Of a DNA stretch of 64,000 nucleotides, positions 41,702-55,670 are shown piece by piece. Source of the DNA: Octopus sinensis (taxonomy: Eukaryota); NCBI RefSeq assembly GCF_006345805.1, contig NC_042997.1:5580001-5644000 (forward strand). Direction: 5' to 3'. A program made the position numbers and the translations under genes. The notes under the pieces were generated by a model that saw only the letters and a program-made list of their open reading frames with translations, searched no databases and was not told where the DNA came from. The stretch's first letter is position 1. Every line of letters starts with the position of its first letter.

Positions 41702-41987
41702 TACATATACATATATATTTCTACTCATACATACGGATGTATTTTTACATACATCCAGTATACTTAAATATGACTCGCGTAAATTCCAGTGTATTTATGT
41801 GTTTATGTGCATATGTGTGTCTGTGTGTGTGTGATGTATTCCACCTCTATGGCTTAAAGTGGATTTGCTACTTAGCAATACATGATGCATTTCTATGTGA
41901 AATTTATGTCATTGTACAAACAATTTCTGGCGTCTTACGTTCATAGGAGACGGTGTGAGAGGAAAATTTAATATTATATATATATAT

Positions 41988-42043
<56 letters not shown>

Positions 42044-42653
42044 ACATATATATATTATATATTATATATATATAATATATATATACAATAGAGGCCTATA
42101 TACGGTATATAGGTATATATATATAATATATATATATATATATTATATATATATAATATATATATATATATATACATTTATTTATTTACACATTTATTTA
42201 TACATATCAACATCTACACATACAACTCGTACTGAAATGTATATGTACATATGTATACCCATATATACGTGTATCTGGATGCATTATCGCTACATATATA
42301 GGCTTAAATTCTTATGAATACATTTAAATCTATTACATACACACACAAATCATAAAATAAATAAAGAAAGAAATATATATATATATATATACATACATGC
42401 ATGTATGTATGTTCAAACTGATAAGGCAAGTTGAGTTTATACCTAGGAGCCGAGTGAGAGCCACTGAGGAGCCTTAATAGAAACGCGAAATCAATGGTGA
42501 TCTGGCTATACTCGGATGTGGTGATGAGCTTGCTTACCTTGTCAGTCATTAACATAAGTGCTTTCTAGTGTATATGAGTTATTTTTACTCTTACTTCAAG
42601 CAATACTAGTGTTGACTAATGCACATAGTCACCTTAGTGGCGAATGTATTTCT

Positions 42654-42751
<98 letters not shown>

Positions 42752-42964
42752 TGTGTCACGCTGAATCTCTCCGAGAATTACGTTAAATGTACACGTGTCT
42801 GTGGAGTACTCAACCACTTGCTCGTTAATTTCACGAACTGGTTGTTCTGTTGATCGGATCAACTGGAACGCTACAGAGTGTCACGACGACGACGTTACAT
42901 ATATATATTCAGAATGAGATAAAAATAACCACGGCTGTGATGGTCTTAGAACATTTATAAGTAG

Positions 42965-43013
42965 GTCTTACAGCTGTTTCAGGGATATTTTTTTATATCC
43001 CTTCAGCGAAGAC
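42965..43013 (-). ncRNA. Hammerhead-like motif, degenerate core
   Basis: Minus strand: gtct TCGCTGA a gggatat-aaaaaa-atatccc t GAAAC agct GTA agac. Confidence 0.6.
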
Positions 43014-43752
43014 GGTGTGTGATAATGGATAGGCAATAGTGAATTTGGATAAGATATGAAATGGAGAGTGAAGTGGAGGAATGAAAATAGATGTGAGATA
43101 TGCAGGGATATTGCATTTGTAGATCCATTATTTAGGCAGAATGGTATACATATAAGAATATAATACCTTGTGAGTAAATTCCAAGTGTATTTAAAATTGG
43201 TCATTCCATGTATAGAGTTTGTACACAGTGCTATTGAATCGACGGTTTATTTAAAGAGACCTAAAAGTAGTGAATGTATTTGTAAAGTCAAGTCAAAAAT
43301 AAGAAGAGAGGAATAAAGAAAAATACAGAAAAGAGAGAAGTAAGGATAGAGATCGTAAGGAGATGAAGAGAGGGAAAGTGTACCAGTTAGTGGTCAGTCA
43401 AGATAAATTAACAGTAGGTATGAGGAGGTGAGGGTGATAGAGAGAGAAATATATGAGAGAATAAAAAGATAAGCGGGTAAAGAGTAAAGGAGTGTGAGAT
43501 AGGAATGGGGTGATAGAGAGAGAGAGGAGTTAAATACTGTAAAAAGAAAAAGAGTGTCAGATATGTAGTTTTGAGCCTAAGAGATGGGTAAGGGTAGTAA
43601 TAAGGTGGGATGAAGAATTTGGGAATATAGATTAGGTGGTTGGACAGGTCAGCACTTAGAAGTAGAAGAAAATATATCTGTGTAGATGTATACAGAAGCA
43701 TATATTAAACATGTATATATATATATATATATATAATATATATATATATATA

Positions 43753-43801
<49 letters not shown>

Positions 43802-43869
43802 TATATGAATTTTTTGTGTAAAGAGATAAAGAATCAAGGCTGTATAGATATTAGAGCATTTATAGATAG
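43014..43869 (-). mobile_element. Penelope-like terminal repeat unit between two hammerhead motifs
   Basis: Purine-skewed unit; the minus strand gives ME*PILNTLGIYSQGI (~43160-43210), resembling the E...I..L.T..P.GLN end of PLE GIY-YIG domains. Confidence 0.45.
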
Positions 43870-43924
43870 GTCTTACAGCTGTTTCCAGAATATTAATTAA
43901 TGATAATATCCCTTCATTGGAGAC
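43870..43924 (-). ncRNA. Hammerhead-like motif, degenerate core
   Basis: Minus strand: gtct CCAATGA a gggatatta..taatattct g GAAAC agct GTA agac. Confidence 0.6.
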
Positions 43925-44756
43925 GGTGTGAGAGGAAAAGTTGATATATATATATATATTAATACAGTTATTTATACATATCAAAATCTACACATGCAAC
44001 TCGTATTCAAATGTATATGTACATATGTATACCCATATACACGTGTATCTGTATGCATTATTGCTAAATATATAGGCTTAAATGCATGTATGCGTACACG
44101 CGTACATATATGAAGGTAAATAATTTCGATTACTCAAATGCTACTTGTTTTATCGACCCCGAAATAACGAAACGCAAATCCCAATTCGCGGAATTTGAAC
44201 TCAGAACGTGAAGATGGTTATACAAAAATATTAAAATGACACATTGGGAGAAACATTTTAACTATTTATCTTTAGTTTTCTGTCTATTTTCTATTATACC
44301 AAAAATCATTTCATTGTGACCTGAACACTGTCACAATTCTACTGAATCTGCTGAAAATTACATACAGGCGAGTTTTTAGAATTCTCGGTGATTTCCTTGT
44401 TTTTCTCTCTTGCTAGTGTACTTTGTGTTTCTTATTGTTATTCTATGTTGTTGCTATACTCTATTAATGGTGTCGTACCTAATGCTGCTGTTATTCTTGT
44501 TGTTGAACTTTGGACCTATGGTCTACTGTACTAAAATTGTTGTTTGAACATTTGACACATGTCACTTTCAGATTGGAGATACGATTCCCTGTTTTCCATG
44601 ACTCTTATCTATATTCAATGTTTATATATTTATCCACTCCATTAATATTATTACTTCTTATTCTCTATAAATAATACTTACTAATAATATTTTTCCCCAT
44701 GGGGCCGGTTCCAGAATTTTGGAGACGTTGTTTGCAGTGCGTACACACACAGTGGC

Positions 44757-44818
<62 letters not shown>

Positions 44819-45150
44819 AGTACATACATTTTTACTTCATACATATATGAATACTCCCGATGTTCGTTAAATATATATGCCCACAATAGAGGCCTATTGA
44901 CATCAGATTTTAGCAAAGACATATTTAAACATTATAATAAAGGAATGATTCTAGATGAAATAAAAATGTAAAAAATTCAAATGACATCACTTATATAAGT
45001 ATATATATACATATACATACATGTATATAGAAAGAGAAAATACAGAGGGAGAGATAGGTGCAGATAAATAGGTAGATAGATAGATAGATAAACATATAAA
45101 TAGATTACATTTTGTCTATGTGTGTATATGTGCATATATATGTATTTTTG

Positions 45151-45239
<89 letters not shown>

Positions 45240-45394
45240 TATATATATATATACATTCGTATATATATATATAGACATGTATATATATATATACACATGT
45301 GTATATATATATGTGTGTATATACATGTATTCTTTTATTCTTTTTTTATTTTTCAGCCCGGAGACTGCGGCCATACTGGAACACCGCCATTGTA

Positions 45395-46330
45395 ATTAAC
45401 ATTTAAGTGGCCAATTCTATGTGCTTGGCTGCAGGTGAAGGAGTGATTTCCATATCGCTGCCTCCTTTTGCTTTTCCTGTCTTGATATTAGTTCATCTGT
45501 GATATTGGTTAGTAAGATCTCAAGTTGCTTTCAGTAAACCTCTAATCCTACTCCATGGAGATCTCTCAAATATGTTGGTAACGAGTTAAATTACTGTGCG
45601 CATTTGAATCCTAAAGCTATTGCTGTACATGAACCCTGCCGCAGATGAGACAGCTGGGTCTTTTGGTATAGTGCAGTGACATCCATTTCGTGGTCTGGTA
45701 TAACTCTCACTTCGAAAGTTTGGTGCCAGACCCTCCAGTAATTTCTGTACATATATCATTACGTAGCTCTCACGTCTTCGCTCCAGGGAGTCGATTCGTT
45801 GCTCTTTCAGTCTCTCCTAGTAGCTCCGCTATTCTATCGATACAATCTTCTTTGTGTAGTATTTCTCAACTGCCTCAAGTTCTGCTATTAATCCTGCAGT
45901 GTAGTGTGGCCATAGTTTAGAGCAATAGTCCAGACTGCTGAGGACAAAAGTCCGCCATAGCAAGAGTATAGTTTATTGACCCTTTGTTCTGAAGGTTCTC
46001 GGAATTCATCCGGCCATTCGCTTGCATACTTCCACCATCTTGGTGAATTGCATGTGAAACGAGGTATCGTTGCTTATATCAATGCCAGAATCACGCACCA
46101 TATGTGATTCTAGGATTTCCGCCAATTTTGGTTCAAATTATCGTTGATGTGACTTCAAAGCACCAATTAGCTGGTAGCGGATGGCTTGGAATTTGCTTAT
46201 ATTAAATTGCATATTACGTAATCAGTCCATTTATGTATGGCATCTAGTTCTTTCTGCAGAATATTAGCATTAGGAATTTCCTTGGTTGCTCGTACTACTT
46301 TTATGTCGTCGGTATAGCTAGTCAGCGTGG
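45395..46330 (-). mobile_element. CR1-clade LINE 3' fragment (RT C-terminal half)
   Basis: Minus strand: TSYTDDIKVV..LQKELDAIHKW..NMQFNISKFQ; VRDSGIDIS..RTFRTK..LWRTFVLSSLDYCSKLW. Confidence 0.88.
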
Positions 46331-47227
46331 CTTATATATATTTATATATACACGGGCAAAACGCCCCCCGTCAAATGGACGTTGCTGAGTTGTCAAACAT
46401 TTCAAACAAATTTTCCCAAAACAACTTGTCCGACCGTCCCATAGGACTCCCCATAGAGAAACATTGATTTAACCTAAATTTGAGACACCAGCAAAAGAAG
46501 AAATAAAGATAAACTTTTTTTCTATTCCAAAGAAATACGATTATATTCACACAAATATGCAACCGAAGAGTTTAAAGTATCAGTAATGATAAGGCTGTTG
46601 ACTGGGAGAAGAACAAAAATGGCTTAAACATTTATCTTGCCAGGAAAGAAACGTGCCTTTAAGCTGCACAAAAACAACAAAAACTGGAAGGTCCCGTTAT
46701 ATACAGGCTGACGGAAGAAAAGCAGGACAAAAACGATGCATGCAAAAAGGTTAGGCGGAGGTAAATCTAAATGGAAACGCATGATGAACTTATGAGAACA
46801 TACATGGGATAATAATACGTTTATCCGATAGAACATGTAGGAAATCAACTTGGGCGATTTTTGATGAAAAGCAACAACATAGGGAACTAAGTAAGTAATT
46901 TTAAGCTTTACGAGATGTTCAAGGGCATGGAAAAGCTAATGGCAACAGCTGATGTACTTGCGCATACAAGTGCACGTTCCCACGGCTTTACCGATCGCAT
47001 TCTCACCTGGAATCGATTTTTGTAACTTTTTCAAGACTTATACACGCTTTGATATGTATATATAATATATATATATATATCTATGTATGTTCTGTTGTGT
47101 CTGGGGAGAGTCATTTTCTTTCTTGTGACTTATAATTTAACACACCCACTGGTAAAATTTCCACTTATTTCTTATTTTATTTTCCTAAATTTTTTGTGGT
47201 GTCTTGCATATATGTATACATACATAC

Positions 47228-47309
<82 letters not shown>

Positions 47310-47504
47310 ATATGTATATATATATGTATATATGTATATATGCATATATATATTTATATATGTATATATATATCTATATATATACATATATTAATATATG
47401 TATATATACATATATTAATATATATATATATACATATATAAATATATATATATAATATATATATATATACATATATATATTATATATATATATACATATA
47501 TATA

Positions 47505-47541
<37 letters not shown>

Positions 47542-47544
47542 CAC

Positions 47545-47580
<36 letters not shown>

Positions 47581-48447
47581 GTATGCACATACAAATTTGT
47601 ATGCATAGATACGTATGTACGTACATGCATGCAATCATACATATAGACTTACATAAAGACATGCATACATACGTACATATGTTCGTACATACATATGTGT
47701 ATAGAGGCATCCTACCGAGTGAAGGTATGCTCTTAATATTCTCCGTTACTGCTGTCCCGTTGAGAATAATAGTTTATACTGTATTCTTACTTTCCTATGT
47801 CACCTTTGGATCACTTGTCTATAGATAGAATATTCAGCCTTACCACAATAAGGGATTATCGTTGTTTTTAAAGGCATTTTATATTTAAAAAAATTATGTT
47901 GCCCTCCCTTTAGTCTCGATGTTCCAATGTGCATTGCACTTTTGCCCTTAATAGCGATTTGTGTCTCATGTAAATTTCAGGCTGGATTTGCGTGCTATTC
48001 TTTGATACCTTATTGCGTCTATTCTTTATTCCTTTGCAATAACTGCTTGCTTTTGCTTCATACTGCACTAGTCTTTTTAACAGCGTATTTAATTAAATTA
48101 GAGTACCTACAAGTGGTAGTCTGTCGGTCTTTCTTTTTTTCTACGACTTTAGTTCAGAGATTAGCTTCTCACTGGATTTTCCTAATTCTATTTTCTATTT
48201 CTCCATTTGGCGTGTAATCTATAAATCTTACGTTATCAAACGTTTTAGAAAACTGCGCTTTCTTGTCTTGGCTTGGCTATTTTATTATTTTATCTAGTTT
48301 TGTAATAATCTTTTATTTCATAAACAGATGAAAGGCGAAAGCATCGGATCTTGAATCTCTAGAGATGTGGCCAAAGACTTTTCTAGCGTCTTGGTATTAG
48401 AAAATATAACAAATATTAACTATCTCTAATATTAATATATCACTGTA

Positions 48448-48635
48448 CTGAAGGTGGTGAGTTGGCAGAATCGTTAACGTGTAGTAAAATATTGTTATCA
48501 TTTTTTTCGGCTTATTATCGCATTCTGTGTTCAAATGTTTCGAATCTGACTGTGCTTTTGAAGCTGTCTGTGCCGATACGATATAATCCACAAGCTCCAC
48601 CACCCAAATTGCAGGTCTTGTGCTTATACTAGAAA
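48448..48635 (+). mobile_element. Degenerate Nin/Deu-like SINE (another copy at ~49185-49380)
   Basis: aaggtggtgagttggcagaatcgttaac..ttctgtgttcaaat..aattgcaggtcttgtgc. Confidence 0.65.
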
Positions 48636-49824
48636 AAATATATCACGATTCTTGTAAATGTTGATGCCATAACACCTTTTGGGAAAATATTGCTTATACT
48701 GACAGACAGGTGGAGGATGAAGGTATTATGTCTACTAAGCAACACAGGAAATCCATCCACCATAATATGAACATCACTAATGGTTATCTCTCTTGACACC
48801 CCGATTGGAGATAATCGATACTTGACGTGGAGTTATGAATACAAAATATATCTATCAGCTGGAATTGTGCATAATGTAGTCAAATAAAGCGAATGCAATA
48901 ATAATTTGAAAAAGTACTGCTCTCTCGAAAACTGCCAAATTGATCATCTGAATGCAAAACTCATCGAAGAAATGAAGAATGCGTCACAAGTGCCCAAATT
49001 TTATAAATGCAGAATCAAATTCAATACTACATGTTCAAGCATATTACATACCCTTATGACTCTCAAGCAAACATTTAAGCGCGGGACATCTAAGAGAGCC
49101 AAGAAAATACATTGAAAGGATTTTAAGATTATTGCATATAGAATATAACCGTTTAATCGTTAAGAATTAAGAATAATAGAACAGGTAAAAAGTAGTGAGA
49201 TGGTAAAGTCACTGCTTTACCATCTAGTGCGCGAAATGATTAACGGCATTTCACCTTCTGAGTTCAAATTCTGCCTAGGTCGACATTGTTTTCATCTTCT
49301 CTGGGCCTATAAAATAGTGCTAGTTCTAATCGACTTTCCCCTCCCTCAGAATTGCTGTCCTTGTACCAAAATTGGAAACTTATCTTACAACGGTTAATAA
49401 TAACATTACAACATCTGGTACGATAGTGATAGGTTTGGCAAATATACAGTTGCATACAAAACTGCGAAATGTGCAGTAATATCCTATATACCACTTCCAA
49501 ATTAAAAAAATATGTTATACCATTTACAGAATTTTGAAACTTGCATTTGAGGGAGTGTGCGGATTGTGAAATGTAAAGTGGGCACTGGTTAAATACAGCG
49601 AAGAGAAAAGTACATTTTAGTAATATAAGATCCGTAGACAGAATCAGTGTATATACGAGAGAATGAACATAGCTTTATCCATTTATCCTTTTAGAATGAC
49701 GCCAACGGATCCAGCTCGCGGAATAGACGTATTTATTTCCTTCGTAGATAAGTTTCGTTCAGTCATCGATCCATATATTCATTCATACGTGCGTGTCCGT
49801 ATTTATATATATATATATATATAT

Positions 49825-49877
<53 letters not shown>

Positions 49878-49882
49878 CATAC

Positions 49883-49946
<64 letters not shown>

Positions 49947-49949
<3 letters not shown>

Positions 49950-51103
49950 TATCCTATTCACTTCTTGGCAGGATAATCACAAGCGTACTCATTCCTGTCG
50001 AATCAAAATACCTCCCCTTTACTATAAAATAAATGAGTTAGCAATTATCTCCCCTAGTACTATGTCATTCCCCTAGCAATATGTCCATTCTTCAACCCTT
50101 AAACTTGATGAGCGATGCGAAACTGGTTCTTATTTAATTATGTTGAAAGAACAAAATCTTATTTTGTACCTCTTTATTATTATGACTCTAATATTCTCAT
50201 TAATCCTCTAAAACAAATCTTCTGTGAATTTTCCTCATCACACACACACAAATACACATACACACATATGCTAAGGTTTGCTTGGCTGTTCGCTTTAGAA
50301 TAGCAATATTAATTCAATATCTGTGTGTGCGTATTTGTGTATGTGCGAGCGTGACTTCGCGCGTGTGTGTATGAGAGATAGAGAGAAACAGAGAGAGATA
50401 GGGAGTGAGAGAGAGATTCAGACAGACAGAAAGATATGGACAGACATAAAGACAGGGACAGACAGAGGGAGAGAGTCGCGTGTGCTTGGTGCGTGTGTAC
50501 GTGCATGTCAGAAGTTATGAATGAGTTTGCAGACATAGTCGAAAGGATATGGTAACTCTTAAACAAGCCACATGACACAAGGACAAGGTATGACATTACA
50601 CTGTACCAGAGTTCAGGAATTACATTTTGCTGATAGATATACTTGATGTTGGGTAAAACTTTGTTGGTATTGCTTGTAAAGAGAAAACTTGCGGAAATTT
50701 ATCATAATACCAAGTAGCAAATTTAAAATGAAAACCGAAACAAAATGTTATGTATCAAATTTTTTGCAAGTTATTGATATTGTCGAAAATGGAAACTAGT
50801 GCTGAATGCCAGAAAGTAGTAACAAGATTGTTACAAAATATAGGAAAAGTTAATACATGAATTTTGACAAGCAAGTACACATGCACCTAAACGCACGCGC
50901 GTATACAGACGCAGAGTTACGCGTAGACATATACAGACAGATACATGCACACACACAGACAGACAGACCACACACACACACTGATACAAATGCTGATACT
51001 GCGAGAAACCTGTTCACATAAATACATGTCATAGAAATGACAACGTGTGTATATATGTATATATGTACGTATGAGTGTATCTGTATATATATATATATAT
51101 ATC

Positions 51104-51152
<49 letters not shown>

Positions 51153-52290
51153 CTATCCTATTCACTTCTTGGCAGGATAATCACAAGCGTACTCATCCTG
51201 TCGAATCAAAATACCTCCCCTTTACTATAAAATAAATGAGTTAGCAATTATCTCCCCTAGTACTATGTCATTCCCCTAGCAATATGTCCATTCTTCAACC
51301 CTTAAACTTGATGAGCGATGCGAAACTGGTTCTTATTTAATTATGTTGAAAGAACAAAATCTTATTTTGTACCTCTTTATTATTATGACTCTAATATTCT
51401 CATTAATCCTCTAAAACAAATCTTCTGTGAATTTTCCTCATCACACACACACAAATACACATACACACATATGCTAAGGTTTGCTTGGCTGTTCGCTTTA
51501 GAATAGCAATATTAATTCAATATCTGTGTGTGCGTATTTGTGTATGTGCGAGCGTGACTTCGCGCGTGTGTGTATGAGAGATAGAGAGAAACAGAGAGAG
51601 ATAGGGAGTAAGAGAGAGATTCAGACAGACAGAAAGATATGGACAGACATAAAGACAGGGACAGACAGAGGGAGAGAGTCGCGTGTGCTTGGTGCGTGTG
51701 TACGTGCACGTCAGAAGTTATGAATGAGTTTGCAGACATAGTCGAAAGGATATGGTAACTCTTAAACAAGCCACATGACACAAGGACAAGGTATGACATT
51801 ACACTGTACCAGAGTTCAGGAATTACATTTTGCTGATAGATATACTTGATGTTGGGTAAAACTTTGTTGGTATTGCTTGTAAAGAGAAAACTTGCGGAAA
51901 TTTATCATAATACCAAGTAGCAAATTTAAAATGAAAACCGAAACAAAATGTTATGTATCAAATTTTTTGCAAGTTATTGATATTGTCGAAAATGGAAACT
52001 AGTGCTGAATGCCAGAAAGTAGTAACAAGATTGTTACAAAATATAGGAAAAGTTAATACATGAATTTTGACAAGCAAGTACACATGCACCTAAACGCACG
52101 CGCGTATACAGACGCAGAGTTACGCGTAGACATATACAGACAGATACATGCACACACACAGACAGACAGACACACACACACACACTGATACAAATGCTGA
52201 TACTGCGAGAAACCTGTTCACATAAATACATGTCATAGAAATGACAACGTGTGTATATATGTATATATGTACGTATGAGTGTATCTGTAT
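49947..52290 (+). repeat. Tandem duplication of an approximately 1.14-kb unit (49947-51085 and 51151-52290)
   Basis: Identical ORFs at an offset of 1203 (50115/51318; near-identical 50309/51512); the junction lies in (TA)n. Confidence 0.95.
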
Positions 52291-52373
52291 ATATATATAT
52301 ATATATACATATACACTCATACGTACATATATACATATATACACACGTTGTCATTTCTATGACATGTATTTAT
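52222..52373. repeat. Near-perfect 152-bp palindrome centred on (TA)n
   Basis: ataaatacatgtcatagaaatgacaacgtgtg...gagtgtat is mirrored by atacactc...cacacgttgtcatttctatgacatgtatttat; one mismatch seen. Confidence 0.92.
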
Positions 52374-52381
52374 ATATATAT

Positions 52382-52545
52382 GGCAGGTGCGTTCTCATGG
52401 TGCAACTGCCACTCAATGGACGCATGTAACTGTGACCTTTTCCGACGAATAGCTTCCCGCAGACACTGCAAAACATCACGGTAGTATTCCTTGTTTAGTG
52501 TCTGACCAGATGGAGTGTATTCATAATGAAAAATTCCCATGCAGT
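52382..52545 (-). mobile_element. mariner (DD34D-type) transposase fragment
   Basis: Minus strand: GIFHYEYTPSGQTLNKEYYRDVLQCLREAIRRKRSQL..WQLHHENAPA. Confidence 0.85.
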
Positions 52546-52659
52546 ATCTAGTTATCTATCGACTGACGTGATGTGTCTTCCGCTTCGTAGGTAATCACTT
52601 TTTTCGATCTTTTATTGCACACATTTTGTTTAATCTTTTCACATAAGGTGTATAAAGCA

Positions 52660-55600
52660 CCCAGCTTTCTTTTGTGTGTGTTATATTTCTAAACAAATAT
52701 GGCTAAGCGAAACCATGAGGCCGACTTCCCGCCTCTACCAATGCTAGAGGCGAAGGAAGCTGAAAGCAAAGCCGTTCCGCGTGAACGCACACATGCTTTA
52801 GAAGGCACGAATGCCTCTGCTACTATAAGCACTGCCTCCACCATTGCTACCAACACCACCGCCTTCATTACCACAACCAACTCGAATACCGATAATTTTG
52901 CTGCGGCTTTGAAGCCAAAGAAAAAATAATGCATTTTTCGAAGGAAGAACTTCTTGCCAGCAAAGAAATGTTTACAAAAAATGAAGTCACCATTCAATTA
53001 CAGACACTTGAAAACATCACAAAAAATACCTAAAAACAAAAACAAAAAAAGACACACGTCAAAACAAAGTACATGAAGGAACCACCCAAGAAAATGTTGA
53101 AAATGATTAAGGTCTATATGGGTCTTTAAAGATTACACAACGAGGGGAAGCAAGTTTGCCAGGATCAAAGTAAGATTAGACAGTGAAGAACAACAAAGGA
53201 CCTCTCCACAAGCAACTTTCAACATGAAAATCTACATAATCACAGGGTCACAAAAGTAAAAATATAAAAAAGTGCCTCCTGAAATTGAAATAAAATGGCT
53301 CGTGTTTGTCATTTGCTATGGCATCGAGGACGAAATCCATAAATTGGAAATCGCTGTCCTTGACCAGCAAAACTGGGTCCAATTGACAGAGGATTCGAGC
53401 TTGCATGTAGCCGTCGAAGGCAGAAAGCTACGTTGCTAAGTTTGTGTTAGCAAAACACACTTAAAATCTAACAGCCCAGTAGCAGAGAAACAACAACAAC
53501 AGCAAAGAAAACAACAAGACAGCGAAAAACAACAACAACCACAAGAAAAGAAAAAACTAGCAAAAATCCAGCGCTACTATCCACGCCGCTATATGCACAA
53601 CTAATTAAACAGCTCTACAAACAAATGAGGGAACATCAGCAACCAACAAGCCAGTCAAAGCAAACAATGCCACCACCGGCGCCACCAACAACAGAACCAA
53701 AACCATCATCACCACCCCTAACATCAACTCTAAAGGAAGAAGACGAAACCAAAAAGACTCATACCTATTTCTTTACCAACCACAAGGGGCTAAACACGGA
53801 GAGGACAGACAAACGGATTAAGTCGATTACATCGACCCCAGTGCGTAATTGGTACTTAATTTATCGACCCCGAAAGGATGAAAGGCAAAGTCGACCTTGG
53901 CGGAATTTGAACTCAGAAGGTAGCGGCAGACGAAATACCGTTAAGCATTTCGCCCGGCGCGCTAACATTTCTGCCAGCTCGTCACTTTAGACTCATACCC
54001 CACCACCAAAAACCCAAACACCACATCCTAACTGTCAACAAACATCACTAATACCACTACCAACAAAATCAACACACTCAGAAATAGAATCCAATACCCT
54101 TCTGCTCTGTTTCCTCTGACATGTCGTCAGATGAAGACGTCACAAAGGAGTGGCAAGTGTCCACGGGGGGAAGGAGAAAAAGGGGGGAAATAATAGAAAC
54201 CAAAACACCCGCGGAAAACAAAAGCATCAACACAAGCACACTAACACAAAATCCACCAACAATCCAGACCTAATGGAATACATTAAGGCAAACACCAACA
54301 TAACAGAAAATGATACCAAAACAAAGAATCACCCACGCAAAACATTACCACAATACGTTAAAATCATACACATAACAGAAACAGTACACTGTAATCTCTC
54401 TACCCGGATGCAGCAGGGAATTTCAAAATTACCTCTCTAAAAACTATACAAAAAATTCTGGGAGAAGATTGTGACGTGAAGGACAAACAACTTTCGGACT
54501 GTAAGTAACTCTCTCGCTCCCTTTCTCTTTCTTCTCCCTTTCGTGTGTTAAACACAACTTTCTATAGGAACTTGCTCAAAATAGGCACTATAAATATATG
54601 TGACTTGGGGTCACCTTGGAAACAAGGCAGCCTGTTAAACGACATCACAAAATATGCATATCATATCCATCAGCGAGTCCAGACACCACAGCCCGCACGT
54701 CCTCCAGCTCATATTCGGCGGACATTTCGACATTTATTTTCCTCTGTGGCTGCCGAGAATGGGTGGAGGAGGCACCGCGGTGCTTCTTCTGAAGTGTCTG
54801 GACCTCAAAGTAAGAGCAATTTTCCTAGACTCGGTGGTTAGGCTGGTCGTCTTGAATTTTGATGGCAGCAATGGGTGTGCTTTTCGACTGATAACAGTTT
54901 ACGTACTGCTCTTAACATGCCGGCCTAATTTTTTTCAAAATCTAAAGGTTTTCCTGGGAACGTCTCGACCTTTACTTTTTGTGGGGTATTTGAATGCTAC
55001 CCTAGACACGTATCTAGACTGCGGAGCAGAGATAGTAATAGGAGGGGATGCAAATGCCTCAAAGACCTGCTCAAACTTTTCCAACTGTCTCACAGGTACC
55101 GACTGGACCTCTTGAATGTGTCGATGTGGACATGGAGCAACCGCATTGGGTCGCCCAGATGGTATTTAATTAGAATATTCTGTAGGACAGTGGATAAGGA
55201 TAGTGTAGTTTGTCCATAATTCAATATAGTCAACTACACAGACAACACATTTGTGACTTGTACGCTTGACTTAGATAAGACACGTAGGCAGGGTCCCGGT
55301 TACTGAAAGGTGAACGCGTCATTCACGGCATGTCAAGCTTACAGGGAACGGATTAGAACATTAGTTAAGAGAGCATTGACGGGTGCCTTCATCAACAACT
55401 GATGGTGGTATGCCCTAAAGAAAGCAACCGCTCCTGCGAGGGGTTGATTTTGGTCTCTTCTTCAGCGATTGGATCGCTGCCTTATACAGCAGCATCCGCA
55501 CAGTAGTTCGCGTAAATGGTCACCTATCCAGACCATTTAACATCATGCGTTCGGTTCGTCAAAGATACCCCCCTCTCGTCGCTTCTATATGTATTGACTC

Positions 55601-55670
55601 TTGAGTCACTCCTGCGGAAGCTGGCGATGCTGAGGGGCATCCCATGAGAGCTGGGATGCGAGAGGAGCAT
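52660..55670 (+). mobile_element. Tx1/L1-clade LINE remnant (ORF1, APE and partial RT, internally deleted)
   Basis: ORF1 from 52699 with a decayed CCHC knuckle VEGRKLRC*VC..HL (~53413). ORF2 from ~54570: KIGTINI..ISES..GGGGTAVL..RLVVL..FRLITVY; GPGY*KVNAS (55291); RT VRVNGHLSRPFNIMRSVRQRYPLSSLLYVLTLE (~55506-55605). Confidence 0.88.
53766..53988 (-). mobile_element. Nin/Deu-like tRNA SINE inserted in LINE ORF1, 11-bp TSD
   Basis: TSD agactcatacc at 53755-53765 and 53989-53999; B box gagttcaaattcc; domain gtcgactttgcctttcatcctttcggggtcgataaa. Confidence 0.92.
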
